Notes: generated by a model not told the origin, from the letters alone. A stretch of DNA of 61,449 nucleotides, filler included, from 6 parts of 6 records of this genome joined end to end with filler, not necessarily neighbours in it, one strand, 5' to 3'. Shown: positions 29,413 through 42,000, counted from the first letter of the whole stretch. Made by a program: numbers and translations.

Positions 29413-29511
29413 GTGCGGGCTCCTGAGGCAGAAATTAGGGTCACGTCTGCATAGCGTTTCAAGGGTGCAACGTGCTAGCTTGTTTTTGAATGTTCAGACG
29501 TAAGGAAAGCT

Positions 29512-30342
29512 GTGGATACGCGATTTGTCGCCAGCCTTTTGGCCATCGTGGAGGAAGGCTCCTTTGCAGCGGCGGCCCGGCGCGTCGGCGTGACCGCCTC
29601 GGCACTGTCTCAGCGGATCACGACGCTGGAGACCGATCTGGGGGTGGCGTTGTTGCGGCGGGAAGGGCGCATTGTGCGCCCCACCCACGCGTGCCGAAAC
29701 CTGCTGCCCCGCTTGCGCGAAATGCTGAGAATAGAGCAGGACTTGCGGGCCGATGTGCGCGGGCAGGGGCTGGTCGGCAGCTGTCGGATCGGCGCGATTT
29801 CGACAGCTCTGGGTGACTGCGCCGCACCCTTGCTACGGCATCTGCGGGAGCAGGCGCCTGATGTCGAGTTGCGCCTGATCCCCGGCACATCTCCGGGGTT
29901 ATTGGCGGCCCTTGAGGCAGCGGATATCGATATGGCGGTGGTGGTGGAGCCGCCGGTCAACCTGCCCAAAGCCTTGCGGTTCAACCTGCTGATCGAAGAA
30001 CCCATCGGCCTGCTACGCCCGCGCCATAGCGAGATCGCGCGGTTGCCCTACCTCGTCTATTCCCGTGAGGCCTGGGGCGGAAGCCTGTGCTGGTCGGCAC
30101 TCACGGATCGGGTGGAGGATCCGCAGGTCTTGGTCGAGATGGATGCGCTTGAGACAATCGCGCAGATGGTGGAGGGGGGCGTCGGGCAGGCGGTTCTGCC
30201 CGGCTGGCGGGGATTGTCCCGACATGCGCCCGGCGCCGATTTTACACCTTGGTCAGGCGCGCGTCGACGCATCGGATTGCTGCACCGGCAACGGGACGCG
30301 GACAGCCCACTGGTGGCGCTTGTGCGGGCGGCATTGCGTTAG
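29512..30342 (+). CDS. LysR family transcriptional regulator
   Basis: EEGSFAAAARRVGVTASALSQRITTLETDLG HTH; divergent from the VOC gene. Confidence 0.9.
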   Translation: MDTRFVASLLAIVEEGSFAAAARRVGVTASALSQRITTLETDLGVALLRREGRIVRPTHACRNLLPRLREMLRIEQDLRADVRGQGLVGSCRIGAISTALGDCAAPLLRHLREQAPDVELRLIPGTSPGLLAALEAADIDMAVVVEPPVNLPKALRFNLLIEEPIGLLRPRHSEIARLPYLVYSREAWGGSLCWSALTDRVEDPQVLVEMDALETIAQMVEGGVGQAVLPGWRGLSRHAPGADFTPWSGARRRIGLLHRQRDADSPLVALVRAALR

Positions 30343-31478
30343 CGTGGGCGGTGGACGTTGGCGCTCTGCACGATCCCGAAGGCCGCCAACAGCACCAGCA
30401 TCGCGGAGCCACCATAGGACACCAGCGGCAGCGGTACGCCAACCACCGGGGCCAGCCCCATCACCATCGACATGTTGACGGCAAAGAACAAAAAGAAGTT
30501 GAGCGCAATCCCCAGCGTCACCAGCGACGAGAACCGGTCCTTGGTCGAGACCGCTGTGGCCACACAGAAGATGATGATCATCACGTAGATTGTCAGGAGC
30601 ATCACCCCGCCGACAAAGCCGAATTCTTCGGCCAGCGTGGTGAAAATAAAGTCGGTCTGCTTTTCCGGCAGAAAGTTCAGGCGTGACTGAGTGCCCTGCA
30701 TGAAGCCACGTCCCGACCAACCGCCCGACCCTAGGGCGATCTTGGATTGCGTTATGTGATAGCCTGCGCCCAGCGGATCCTGAGAGGGATCGAGAAAGGT
30801 GTCGATGCGCCTGTATTGGTAGTCCTTGAGCAACTGCCAGTCGGTGCCGCGGCTCTGGAATACGGCCACCACGAGCCCGACCGCCGCCGCGATCACGGCG
30901 GTGAAGTAGGCCCAGTGAACCCCGGCAAGGAACATCACGCCGCCCCCGGCGGCCAGCAGCAGGATCGACGTCCCGAGGTCAGGTTGCTTCAACACCAGAA
31001 AGGTGGGCGCAAGCACGAGCAAAACCGGCAGCAAGACGAAGAGTGGCCGAGAGGTCCGGTGCGGCGGCAGCCAGTCGTAATAGGCCGCAAGCACCATCAC
31101 CAGCGTGATTTTCATCAGCTCTGACGGTTGCAGACGCACTGGCCCGAGGTCCACCCAACGCTGCGCGCCCATGCCGACGGAGCCGAAGAACTCCACCGCC
31201 ACCAAAAGTACCAGCGCAATCAGGTAGGCCAGAACCGAGATATTGCGCCAGAACCAGATCGGAACCATCGCAACCACCAGCATGACCCCGAGGCCGATCA
31301 GGAACCGTTTCGCCTGAGGTTCGACCCAAGGCGTGAATGATCCCCCCGCCACGGAATACAGCATCAGGAAACCGACGCTTGCGGCCGCAGTCAGCAGAAG
31401 AACAAGGGGCCAGTTCAGAAACAGGATCTTGCGAAACCCGGTGGGCGTCGATTTGGCGTGGTACTCAAGATAGCTCAT
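30339..31478 (-). CDS. rodA: Rod shape-determining SEDS protein RodA
   Basis: GAQRW, LQPSE, QPDLGT, FLPEKQTDFIF, SYGGS. Confidence 0.95.
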   Translation of the reverse strand: MSYLEYHAKSTPTGFRKILFLNWPLVLLLTAAASVGFLMLYSVAGGSFTPWVEPQAKRFLIGLGVMLVVAMVPIWFWRNISVLAYLIALVLLVAVEFFGSVGMGAQRWVDLGPVRLQPSELMKITLVMVLAAYYDWLPPHRTSRPLFVLLPVLLVLAPTFLVLKQPDLGTSILLLAAGGGVMFLAGVHWAYFTAVIAAAVGLVVAVFQSRGTDWQLLKDYQYRRIDTFLDPSQDPLGAGYHITQSKIALGSGGWSGRGFMQGTQSRLNFLPEKQTDFIFTTLAEEFGFVGGVMLLTIYVMIIIFCVATAVSTKDRFSSLVTLGIALNFFLFFAVNMSMVMGLAPVVGVPLPLVSYGGSAMLVLLAAFGIVQSANVHRPR

Positions 31479-33421
31479 GCCTGATCGCTCTCTTTCCCGT
31501 CCGAGCGTTTAATCCGCTCGCGTTCAAGCCGCTCCTGCTGTGCCTTGATCTTGCGGCGGTCTCCGGTTGGATAGGCCTCCAGCGGTGGCGTGCCGCCATA
31601 GAGCGCTTGCAGCAATACATCCCGCGCCACGGGAGCGGCTGTGGAGGATCCGCCGCCACCATGTTCGACAACGACCGCAACCGCGTACTTTGGTTTGTCA
31701 TAGGGGGCAAAACACACATACAGGGCGTGGTCGCGGCGTTCCCATGGCAGGTCCCGGTTATGGATCACCCCTGTCGCGCGCTCTGCCGCGGTGATGTTGC
31801 GCACCTGGCTGGTGCCTGACTTGCCCGCCATGCGCATGCCATCGGCAATGATGCGGGACCGATACCCGGTGCCCCGGCGATCATTGCTGACCGCGTACAT
31901 GGCCTTGCGCACGTGGTCCAGATACGAGGGGGTGAGGCCAATCATTTCGCCTGCGCCAGAAGGTTGTTCGACACCATTGATGGATTTCACCAGACGAGGT
32001 GTCACGCTACGCCCGTTGGCAATCCGCGCTGTCATGACCGCAAGCTGCATGGGCGACGCAAGCATATAGCCCTGACCGATCGACGCATTCACCGTGTCGC
32101 CAACTAGCCAATCCTGCCCATAGGTGCGGGACTTCCACTCCCGGTTCGGAGCAAGTCCGGCGGCCACTGCGGACATCGGAATATCGTGGCGAATACCAAG
32201 GCCGAGTTTGTTGGCCATCTCTGAAATCCGGTCGATCCCGACCTTGATCGCCAGATCGTAATAGTAGACGTCACAGGAACTCTTTAGTGAATCCAGAAGG
32301 TTGACGTGCCCATGACCGGCGCGCTTCCAGCAGTGGAACCGCCGGCCGGAGACTTCCAGATGCCCGGGGCACCATGTGGTTTCTTCCGGTGTAATGACGC
32401 CGCTTTCCAGTCCCGCCAGCGCCGTCACCATCTTGAATGTGGAGCCCGGCGGGTAGGTGCCTTGCACGGTCTTGTTGGCCAGCGGGCGATAGGGGTCTTC
32501 GGTGAGGGCGCTATAGTCGGCCACAGAGATGCCGCGCACAAAGAGGTTGGGGTCAAAGCTCGGGCTGGAGCAGATGGCCTGCAGGTCGCCATTCTCCACG
32601 TCGATCACAACGGCGGCGGCGCTTTCGTTGCCAAGCCGGGCCTGCACATAGCTTTGCAGGTCCGCATCGAGCGTCAGCTGCACATCCGCGCCAGCCTGCC
32701 CCTCTCGGCGATCCAGTTCGCGCATGATCCGACCGGCGGCATTGACCTCGACCCGTTTGGTCCCGGCCTTGCCGCGCAGGGTTTCCTCACGTTTGGATTC
32801 AAAACCAACCTTGCCGAACTGGAACCGGGGGGTCAGCAGGACCGGATCGGGGCTTTCCATCTTCGACAGGTCGTAGTCGGAGACGGGACCGACATAGCCA
32901 ACCACATGCGCAAAATCGGCGCCCTGCGGATAGACACGGGACAGTCCGACCTCGGGCGTGATGCCCGGTAGGGCTGGGGCGTTGACCGCGACCTTTGAAA
33001 TGTCATCCCAGGAAAGTTGATCGGCCAGCGTGATGGGGAGAAACGGGCGCGACCGCCGCATCTCTGCGCGGGCACGTTCCAGGTCCTCTGTATCGAGCGG
33101 CAGCAAGCGGGTGAGGTTTTCAATCACGCCTTCCACATCACCGGCGTCTTCGGGCACCAACACGATGCGGTAGGACGGGGAGTTTTGCGCGATGATAATA
33201 CCGTTGCGGTCATAGATCTCGCCGCGACTGGGGGCGAGCAGGCGGATGTTGATGCGGTTTTCCTCGGCCAGCAGACGGAACTGATCTGCCTGATCCACCT
33301 GCAGAAAACGCATCCGCATGGCCAGCGCACCGGTAAAGCCCAGCTGCAACCCGCCCAGCACCAGGGTGCGGCGGGTCAGGGTGCGATGGCTGTGATCCTG
33401 ATCCTTCGGGGTGCGTTTCAC
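31475..33421 (-). CDS. mrdA: Penicillin-binding protein 2
   Basis: GTG start overlapping the mreD stop; PGSTFK (SxxK), SCD, KSGT motifs. Confidence 0.95.
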   Translation of the reverse strand: MKRTPKDQDHSHRTLTRRTLVLGGLQLGFTGALAMRMRFLQVDQADQFRLLAEENRINIRLLAPSRGEIYDRNGIIIAQNSPSYRIVLVPEDAGDVEGVIENLTRLLPLDTEDLERARAEMRRSRPFLPITLADQLSWDDISKVAVNAPALPGITPEVGLSRVYPQGADFAHVVGYVGPVSDYDLSKMESPDPVLLTPRFQFGKVGFESKREETLRGKAGTKRVEVNAAGRIMRELDRREGQAGADVQLTLDADLQSYVQARLGNESAAAVVIDVENGDLQAICSSPSFDPNLFVRGISVADYSALTEDPYRPLANKTVQGTYPPGSTFKMVTALAGLESGVITPEETTWCPGHLEVSGRRFHCWKRAGHGHVNLLDSLKSSCDVYYYDLAIKVGIDRISEMANKLGLGIRHDIPMSAVAAGLAPNREWKSRTYGQDWLVGDTVNASIGQGYMLASPMQLAVMTARIANGRSVTPRLVKSINGVEQPSGAGEMIGLTPSYLDHVRKAMYAVSNDRRGTGYRSRIIADGMRMAGKSGTSQVRNITAAERATGVIHNRDLPWERRDHALYVCFAPYDKPKYAVAVVVEHGGGGSSTAAPVARDVLLQALYGGTPPLEAYPTGDRRKIKAQQERLERERIKRSDGKESDQA

Positions 33422-33957
33422 AGGCGAGCTCCAAGGGTTTCTGCATCGGCAGGAGAAAGACGTCGCACGCCAAACACGCTCTGGCTCAGCAGAACCACGA
33501 CCGGATAGGCGGCGATGGTCATAATGACCTGCACGAGAATCAGCGCGATATGCGCCTGCTCGACCGCAAGCATGCCAAGGATCATGCGATTGAGCAAAGC
33601 AATGGCAATTATGACCACGGAGACCGCGAACCATTCTCCCAGAAACGGCGTCTCCCGGCTGGCGGGCAAGCGTGATCTGATGAACTCGCAGGCGAGCAGA
33701 ACCAGCAGGGCCCATAATCCCGGAGGACGCTGAAACAAAAGATCAGCGAGCAGCATTACGGCGGCGATCAACAGGGGAGGGACAAAATCTGCGCGCCGTG
33801 CAGTCCAGGCCAGCGCCACGGCCAGCAGCAGATCCGGCGGAGCCCAGCGGCGCGGTGTGGTGTCCAGCGGCAGCAGGTGAAAGAACATGATGACCAGCGC
33901 CAGCCCGACAAAGATAGCGCGCATGAGCCAGATTGCGGCTGGCGTTGTCTTAGCCAT
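33418..33957 (-). CDS. mreD: Rod shape-determining protein MreD
   Basis: Hydrophobic; PDLLL, DLLFQRPPGLW; lies between mreC and mrdA. Confidence 0.88.
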   Translation of the reverse strand: MAKTTPAAIWLMRAIFVGLALVIMFFHLLPLDTTPRRWAPPDLLLAVALAWTARRADFVPPLLIAAVMLLADLLFQRPPGLWALLVLLACEFIRSRLPASRETPFLGEWFAVSVVIIAIALLNRMILGMLAVEQAHIALILVQVIMTIAAYPVVVLLSQSVFGVRRLSPADAETLGARL

Positions 33958-34897
33958 TCTCGGCCTCGTCACCGGCGGCCTCGGGGAGAACGCCGTCCAG
34001 CAATGTGTCCGGGCGGGGGAGCGGTATCATGTCGTCTGGAACCGGTGCGATCAGCGCGCCCGGATCCGAAATCGGAACGCTGCCCTGATGGCGCAGAACG
34101 CGCAGGAATTCCAACCGCTCGTAGTCTGCGGAGAGACGTACGCGCAGGCGCCCGGCCTTGTCTTGTGCCACCTGACCGATCAGCAGTCCCGGCGGAAAGA
34201 CATGACCATCGCCCGAGGTCACAACACGGTCTCCGGGGCGGACCATCTCCGGGTTTTCAACAAAATTCAGCAAGGGCGCGGCAGTATTATCGCCACTGAC
34301 CAACGCGGTTTGGCCCGACGGCTGCAGCGTGGCCGGAACCGCACTTGCGGCATCCGTCAGCAGGATAACCCGCGCAGTCTTCAGGCCGGTGCCGGAAATG
34401 CGTCCCACCAGCCCAATGCCGTCCATCGCGGCCCAGCCGTCGCGAATGCCATCCCGCGCCCCGACGTTCAGCAGAACCGATTGGCGGAAAGGCGAGCCGG
34501 AGTCTGCCACGACGACACCGGTGACATAGGTCAGCTGCGGATCCAGCCGGACGTTGTTGAGATCGAGCAATCGCGCGTTTTCCTGTTCCAGCTGCAAGGC
34601 AGCTTCTTTCCAGGCCCGCATCTGGCGCAACTCCGAGCGCAGCTCCTGGTTCTGTTCGGACAGGCGCTGATAGCTTTGGAAGTCACGCACCAGGTTTACG
34701 ATGCCGGTGACGGGAACCATGGCCCATTGCATATTGGGCACCACCGCATCCACAACCTGCGCGCGAAACCGTTCGACTCGTGGACTGTCGATGCGCCAGA
34801 CGATGAAGACGACCGCGAGAAACAGCACCAAAATCCCGACAAGCAAACGCTTGAGCGGGCCTGCATAGTCTTCGCGCTGTGACCGATCCTTGGCCAA
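33950..34897 (-). CDS. mreC: Rod shape-determining protein MreC
   Basis: TM helix, coiled coil ENARL, GLVGRI, VVTSG...FPPGL; probable TTG start. Confidence 0.9.
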   Translation of the reverse strand: MAKDRSQREDYAGPLKRLLVGILVLFLAVVFIVWRIDSPRVERFRAQVVDAVVPNMQWAMVPVTGIVNLVRDFQSYQRLSEQNQELRSELRQMRAWKEAALQLEQENARLLDLNNVRLDPQLTYVTGVVVADSGSPFRQSVLLNVGARDGIRDGWAAMDGIGLVGRISGTGLKTARVILLTDAASAVPATLQPSGQTALVSGDNTAAPLLNFVENPEMVRPGDRVVTSGDGHVFPPGLLIGQVAQDKAGRLRVRLSADYERLEFLRVLRHQGSVPISDPGALIAPVPDDMIPLPRPDTLLDGVLPEAAGDEAENG

Positions 34898-34954
34898 GGC
34901 ACTCCTTCCAGACGTCAATCAAATTCAGTGGCATGCCCGCGCGGGGCGGGGGGA

Positions 34955-36028
<1,074 letters not shown>

Positions 36029-36244
36029 TTATCTGACCGCGACTCTCTCGCCGGGTCGCAGCTTTAGATCTTATAAGCAGGCCGAGCCCGCCGTAAAAGG
36101 GAGTATTCCGTTCACCTAGCGTCTTTTCGCTTGTGAAATCGACTGTTTTCGCTTTCGAGCACACGGAATCAAGATCAGCGTGCGTTTGCGCACATGCGCC
36201 AGAGCCAGCCGCACCGGATCATGGTCTCAGTTCAACAGCGCCTC

Positions 36245-36997
36245 TTACCCCGAGAAAATCTCATCCATCTGCGCCTTGTAGGCCGCCCATGTCTTGGTTG
36301 CGCGGTTGCCAGCGTAGCCGTGATAATAGGATTTCCCGCTGGAGGTCGGCAAGCCTGCCCAGATTTTGGCGAGGTTGTTCATGAATGTGGTCTGCGTGAT
36401 CTCGCCAGCCTTGAAATTCGAGAGACCGGCTTCCTCGATCAGCTGATGGGCAAGCTGATCCTGAAGTTCCTTGTTGAAGCGACGGCCGAGAGGGACGCTT
36501 TGATGCTTGGCGAGCCGGCGCAGGGTGGCGGGGATGAACTGGTAGCGCCCGATGGCATGAGGCTGGCCGGGGGTTGCGTCGATCCAGGCGTAGATCTCGA
36601 GCAGGGTCATGTCTGTGGGAGAGGCGGGCGGTTTGATCCGGGCGCCGTGCTGGACGGCGTCGTAATCCGCCTTGCCTGCCTCGGCGCTGGCGATGACATT
36701 CATGATTGCGGCGACGTCGATGCCGACCATCGGCGGGCTTGCAAACAGACTGCCGCTGCTGCGTCCCCGAAAGAGGCTTGCGGCGCCGGGGTCCAGCGAG
36801 ATGGCCCCGCGGCCTGTTTCATCATCATTCAGCCCCGCAATTGCACCGTTTGCTGGCGCCGAGGTCCGCATGAAGAAGCTGCCGTCCCCGACCAGAGAGA
36901 ATCCTGCGGAATTGGCACGAACCGGGTCGGTCCAGACCGAAGAGATCAGCATCAGCGCACATAGCGCGCCGGTTTGGGGGCTCGTTCTGAGGGGCAT
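36245..36997 (-). CDS. Exported lysozyme-like (lambda-R/GH104-like) muramidase-domain protein
   Basis: Signal-like N-terminus; IASAEAG (candidate catalytic Glu), AIGRYQF, QDQLA, IWAGLP, YY. Confidence 0.65.
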   Translation of the reverse strand: MPLRTSPQTGALCALMLISSVWTDPVRANSAGFSLVGDGSFFMRTSAPANGAIAGLNDDETGRGAISLDPGAASLFRGRSSGSLFASPPMVGIDVAAIMNVIASAEAGKADYDAVQHGARIKPPASPTDMTLLEIYAWIDATPGQPHAIGRYQFIPATLRRLAKHQSVPLGRRFNKELQDQLAHQLIEEAGLSNFKAGEITQTTFMNNLAKIWAGLPTSSGKSYYHGYAGNRATKTWAAYKAQMDEIFSG

Positions 36998-37106
36998 TGC
37001 AACCTGCTTCTGCGGGTGATGTCTGACCTCAGACTGGCCGATTGTAGTTGAGATTTCGTTTAGAGAGCGCTCTTTCGCCGGGCGCGGTTTGCCGTTATGG
37101 GAGGGC

Positions 37107-37889
37107 ATGCTGTCCTACCAACATATCTACCACGCGGGAAACCTCGCCGATGTCCAGAAACACGCGCTGCTCGCGTGGATCCTAGAGTACATGACGCGCA
37201 AGGACAAACCGCTGAGCTATCTGGAAACTCACGCGGGGCGGGCTCACTATGACCTGTCGTCTGCCGAGGCCGTCAAGACGGGCGAAGCGGCCAGAGGTAT
37301 CGATATCGCACGGGACTGGTTCCCAGCCGACCACCCCTATGCGCGGGTTCTGGACAGTGTGCAGGCCGCGCATGGGCCAACCAGTTATCCAGGTTCGCCG
37401 CGCATCGCGACGGAGGTGCTGCGCCCCATCGACAATGTGCATCTGGCAGAGTTGCATCCGCAGGAAGCACAGGCCCTGCGTGCGTCGATGCGCGGCTCCG
37501 GTGCCAAGGTGCATGTGCAGGATGGGTTCGAGATGGCCCAGTCACTGGCCCCGCCAGAGCCTCGACGCGGAGTGCTGCTGATTGATCCCAGCTATGAGAT
37601 CAAATCCGACTACAGCCGCATTCCCGGCATTATTGGCAAGCTGCATCGCAAGTGGAATGTTGGCGTGATCGTGTTGTGGTATCCGATCCTGACAGATGGC
37701 CCGCACAAGCGGATGCTGACTGCGCTGGAAGCTCAGGGCCTGCCGGGAACGCTGCTGCACGAAGTGCGCTTCCCGCCCGCGCGGGAGGGCCACCGGATGA
37801 TCGGATCGGGTTTGTTTGTGGTGAATGCGCCCTTTGGTTTGCGCGAGGAAACGCAGCGCCTTGATCGCCGCTTTTCTGCGTTGCGCTAA
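37107..37889 (+). CDS. rlmJ: 23S rRNA m6A2030 methyltransferase
   Basis: MLSYQHIYHAGNLADVQKH, ETHAGR, YPGSP, ELHP, IDPSYE, WYP. Confidence 0.93.
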   Translation: MLSYQHIYHAGNLADVQKHALLAWILEYMTRKDKPLSYLETHAGRAHYDLSSAEAVKTGEAARGIDIARDWFPADHPYARVLDSVQAAHGPTSYPGSPRIATEVLRPIDNVHLAELHPQEAQALRASMRGSGAKVHVQDGFEMAQSLAPPEPRRGVLLIDPSYEIKSDYSRIPGIIGKLHRKWNVGVIVLWYPILTDGPHKRMLTALEAQGLPGTLLHEVRFPPAREGHRMIGSGLFVVNAPFGLREETQRLDRRFSALR

Positions 37890-37986
37890 GCCGCGCCCCG
37901 GGCGTCCTGCACGGCCGCGCCTTTTAGCGCCTTATCTTCGATCCAAATCGCCTGCGCAGTCGGATTTCTTACACACCCAGTCAACG

Positions 37987-38013
37987 AAAAAGGGCACCCG
38001 AAGGTGCCCTTTT
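37987..38013. terminator. Bidirectional intrinsic terminator between rlmJ and leuA
   Basis: AAAAAGGGCACC-CGAA-GGTGCCCTTTT perfect stem with A/T flanks. Confidence 0.85.
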
Positions 38014-38056
38014 CTATGCTTGGTTCTATGTCTGCGACAATTTCTGGCGGCGTGCT

Positions 38057-38726
38057 TCAGCCGATGTCCTTGTAGGAGATCTCACGAGAATCCGCGCCTT
38101 CGCCCATCTTGTTGCGGCGCACGATCAGGCGGTTGAGCGCGCCGATGTAGGCCATGGCAGAGGCAACCACGGTGTCTGTGTTGGCACTGTCTCCGGTGGC
38201 GATGATGCCGTCTTCTTCCAGCCGGACGGACACGGTGGCTTGTGCGTCTGTACCTTCGGTGACCGCGTGCACCTGATAAAGCTGCAGATGCGCGTCATTG
38301 GGGTGGATCTTGCGGATCGCCTTGAAGGTCGCATCGACCGGGCCGTCGCCTTCTGCGGTTTCAGAGACATCTTTACCGTCAACTTCCATCTCGACAGTGG
38401 ATTCCGCCGGGCCGCCGGTGCCGCAGACTACTTTCATCGAGACCAGCTTCAGATGGTCATCCTCATCGCCACCCGTACGCATCAGCGCGATGATGTCGTC
38501 GTCGAACACTTCTTTCTTGCGGTCGGCAAGTTCCTTGAAGCGAACGAAGATATCCTTGAGCTGGTTGTCACCGACCTCATAACCGAGGTTGCTGAGCTTG
38601 TCGCGCAGTGCTGCCCGGCCGGAGTGTTTGCCAAGGGGCAGGGAGGTCCCGGCAAGCCCGACATCCTCGGGCCGCATGATCTCGAAGGTTTCCTTGTTCT
38701 TCAGCATGCCATCCTGGTGGATGCCG
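38057..38726 (-). CDS. leuA: 2-isopropylmalate synthase, C-terminal part (5'-truncated by contig end)
   Basis: GIHQDGMLK, LGKHSGR, FKELADRKK, GDGPVDA, VTEGTDAQ regulatory domain. Confidence 0.93.
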
Positions 38727-38826
38727 NNNNNNNNNNNNNNNNNNNNNNNNNNNNNNNNNNNNNNNNNNNNTTAATTAATTAANNNNNNNNNNNNNNNNNN
38801 NNNNNNNNNNNNNNNNNNNNNNNNNN
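38727..38826. other. Artificial contig spacer; bacterium/eukaryote boundary
   Basis: Same linker. Confidence 0.98.
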
Positions 38827-39046
38827 GCAGCGGCAGCGGAAGCCGTGTGAGTGTGCTCGCAGCCGGTGTCGTGCCGCACGGCAGCGCGGTCGCGGGGCGG
38901 AACGAGGGGAATTGGGCACGCACTCGCCCGTACGAGCGCAAGTGTGAGCGCGCGGTGATTCGCGGCACGGTCGCAGATACGCGGTGGCGGCGGGTGGAAA
39001 TGCTCCGCTCGCCCGCTGGCGCATTCGTGCGCGAGCGCGCGCGTAC

Positions 39047-42000
39047 CTCGACTTCGAGCTTCGTGCTCCCGAGCGCGTTCCGCTCCAGCAGGAGCGCGAG
39101 AACCGTCGCGTCAACCGATCCCGTTCCCGATCCGGAGACGATGCCAAACGACGCTTTATCCAGCGAAACAAACACCACCTGCACTCAACGAGTACACACC
39201 GCACCGACAGCACGGGGTTTAGCGCTCGCGCGTTCCGCTGCGCTGCAACGTGCGCACGCACAGGGCGCACCGCACGCCGCGCCTCCTTCCGCGGCCTGCG
39301 CGCAGCAAGCGGAGCACTGCGCGCACAACACAACGCGGTGCCGTGCCGTCCAGGGCGCAACACCCGCATACAGCGGTGTACAGCGGGCGCACGGGCCAGA
39401 GGGGACGGCGCGGGAGCGGGAGAGCGGTGCGTCTAGCTGCCGCATCTCCCCTCCCCGCTCCCATTCCCGCCGCCACGACACCGCACACATCGCGCTTCTC
39501 GTAGCGCTCGTGTGCGCTGTATCAACGTACGGCGGCGTTTCCTCGTCGCCGTCCGCCGCTGCGGGGCGCCGCGGGACGCTGTGCAGTCGACGGCGCACCG
39601 CGCAGCTGTGCGTGCAGCGACAGGAGCGGAAGCAGCATTTTGTGGTGCAGCGATACCGACACAGATGTCATGCTGACGCGCATGTCGCGCAGGCGGAGAC
39701 GAGATTCCCTGCACGCGCGCACACGATCGGACACACAGCGCGCGCGCGTGTGTGTGTGTGTGAGCAGGTGCAGTCGCCGCACCGGCTGCTCGACGCGCCG
39801 CAGCGAGCGAGCAGGCGCGCCCTGTCTGCACGTGCACACGAGTGCGTGCGCACTCACGCATACGCGCACGAGGCGCACGCCACGCACTGCCCTGTGCGCT
39901 GGCTCGCCGATACGTTGATGCGCGCGCCGCGCTGGCGCCGCGCTGGCGGAGTGTGTACCTCAGGGAAGCGAGATAGGCCACATCAGATTTGCGCCAGTAG
40001 TGCCACAGACACGAAAGTGTCTCCACTACATGGTGAGCGCGCAGCGATACACTAGTGTTCACAAGTACGCATACGGAGGTACGCACGCACACGCGTGCAC
40101 GCGGGCGCATTGGTGCAGCAGCGCGCGTGCGGGCGGTACGTGGATACGCGCCGCGGTGAGCGTGGAGCACACGCGTACAGCGCAGTCCGGTGCGCGCCGC
40201 GGACAGGGCAGCGCAGGTACACGCGTGATGATTCCCACATTGCGCCGTCGACACGGCAGCGTTGCAGCGGTGAACGTAGCGAGCGCGAGGAGCGGGACGA
40301 TGGATTCGTCGCCATGCGTTGCGCGAGGGCGGGCGGGGGTAACGAGGGAGGGAATACGATAGAATACATAGGGAGGGAAGCGAGCACGCAGCGGAGCGAG
40401 CGAAGCCGCACACACATACACACACACACCGCGATACGCATAGATATAGATAGATACGATAGAGCAAGCGGCGCAGCGGCAATTCCGGTGCGCCGCATAT
40501 ATAGGGGTATATAAGGGGGCAGTACGATGCTTGAGTGAGCACAGGTGGCGCAAGGCGTGCACGCGAAGGAAAAGCGAGCGCGATGAAGCTGGCGCGGTGT
40601 ACCCAACGATACCACACAACGCAGCAACACGAAAGTACTCTCACACGTACAGACTCATACACACATGAGCGCGCACGTAACCACACGGTACGATCAGGAG
40701 GGGATGTACGACGCATACTGAGCATGCCGCACTGGCAACCTCTTCCTGTAACGCTGAACAAGCAGCGCAACCGCAAGCCCGACGGCCGCGGGACAGCGAG
40801 GACGCACTTGTCGAAGTCCAGCACGGGACGGAGCTTCCACGGGGTGACGCGGAAGATTTCATTGCTCTCGATGATGTGGGAACCTTCACCCAAGTTCCCA
40901 CTGCGTCCATCTTGCACTGGTTTCGGTACGATACGAGAGGATGAGGAGAGAGCGCGTGTGAGCAAGCAGCGCGCGTGTGTGCGTGGGTGACGGCGAGCGC
41001 GCGCTGCGACGCGGGACGCCGGCGCCGCCTCGCACGTACCGACACTCGACTCGATACGCTGCGACACCGAGCAGCGCACAGTGCCAACAGACACTTCGCC
41101 ACCGAGATGCGCTCCACCCGTTTGCGGTTTCGCTTGGAAGCCAAACACGAGTGAATCGAGTTTCGCAAGTACGTCAAACGTCTGTAGTGGGTGGAACGAG
41201 CGGCACGAGGTACGCACGAGCGTACATGCGAATCAGGACCACTGCGCACCGAATCGACCGCGGCGGCGAGGAGCGCACTGCAGCGCACCGCCGTACGCAG
41301 CGGAGTTACACCAGCGCATACGCAGCAAACGAGGAATATAACGGCGCGCGTGCGTTTCCCCTCTTGCGCGCTCGCCGGTGCGTGCGTCCCGCGCATTCAC
41401 TGTGTGGCATCGCAGTACCAGACGTACCGCTCCGACATTGCTGTACTCAAACTGTACATCATTGACGCATAGACGTAGTCGTGGAAGCACTGCGAGTATA
41501 ATTTGCTGTGTGAGGCGTGTTCGCAGTCGGTTCCGCACGTTGGCCACGTGCGGGGGCTCCGGCGGCAGCGGCGCGCTGGTACGGCTCGCGCGCGCAGCCG
41601 TGTCCGCGGGTCGCTCCGCAGTGCGCTTGAGGGAGAACTGCAGACCCGAGATCTCAAGCAAGAAAAAGGGATTTCGCCGCTCGCTCGGTATCTGCTCTTT
41701 CTTGTATAGCTGTGTGATTCGCTCGCGCAGCGCTGACCGCAGCTCTGCCTTGCGTAGTGTGACCAGTAGTTCGTGGTCAGCGCCGCAAGGTATCACCGCC
41801 TGCACCTTGCGCGCGTACCCGATGCCAATCGTATCCACAGCGAATCTGCGTCACGTAACACAAACGCACACACGTATCTCAGCAAGTACTGCACTGCGCT
41901 GCACATGGCCGCACATTCAGTTTCTTGTTCTTGCGTCGTGCACGGCGGTGACCAACTGGCTCGCAGCACTCCACGCGTGTTGCGCCGCACCACACACCCA

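Noticed and set aside
39433..41217. 594-aa ORF (and 38847-40055, 402 aa) as single-exon genes
   Set aside because: Mostly R/A/C/V-rich read-through of low-complexity introns; only the embedded exons look coding.
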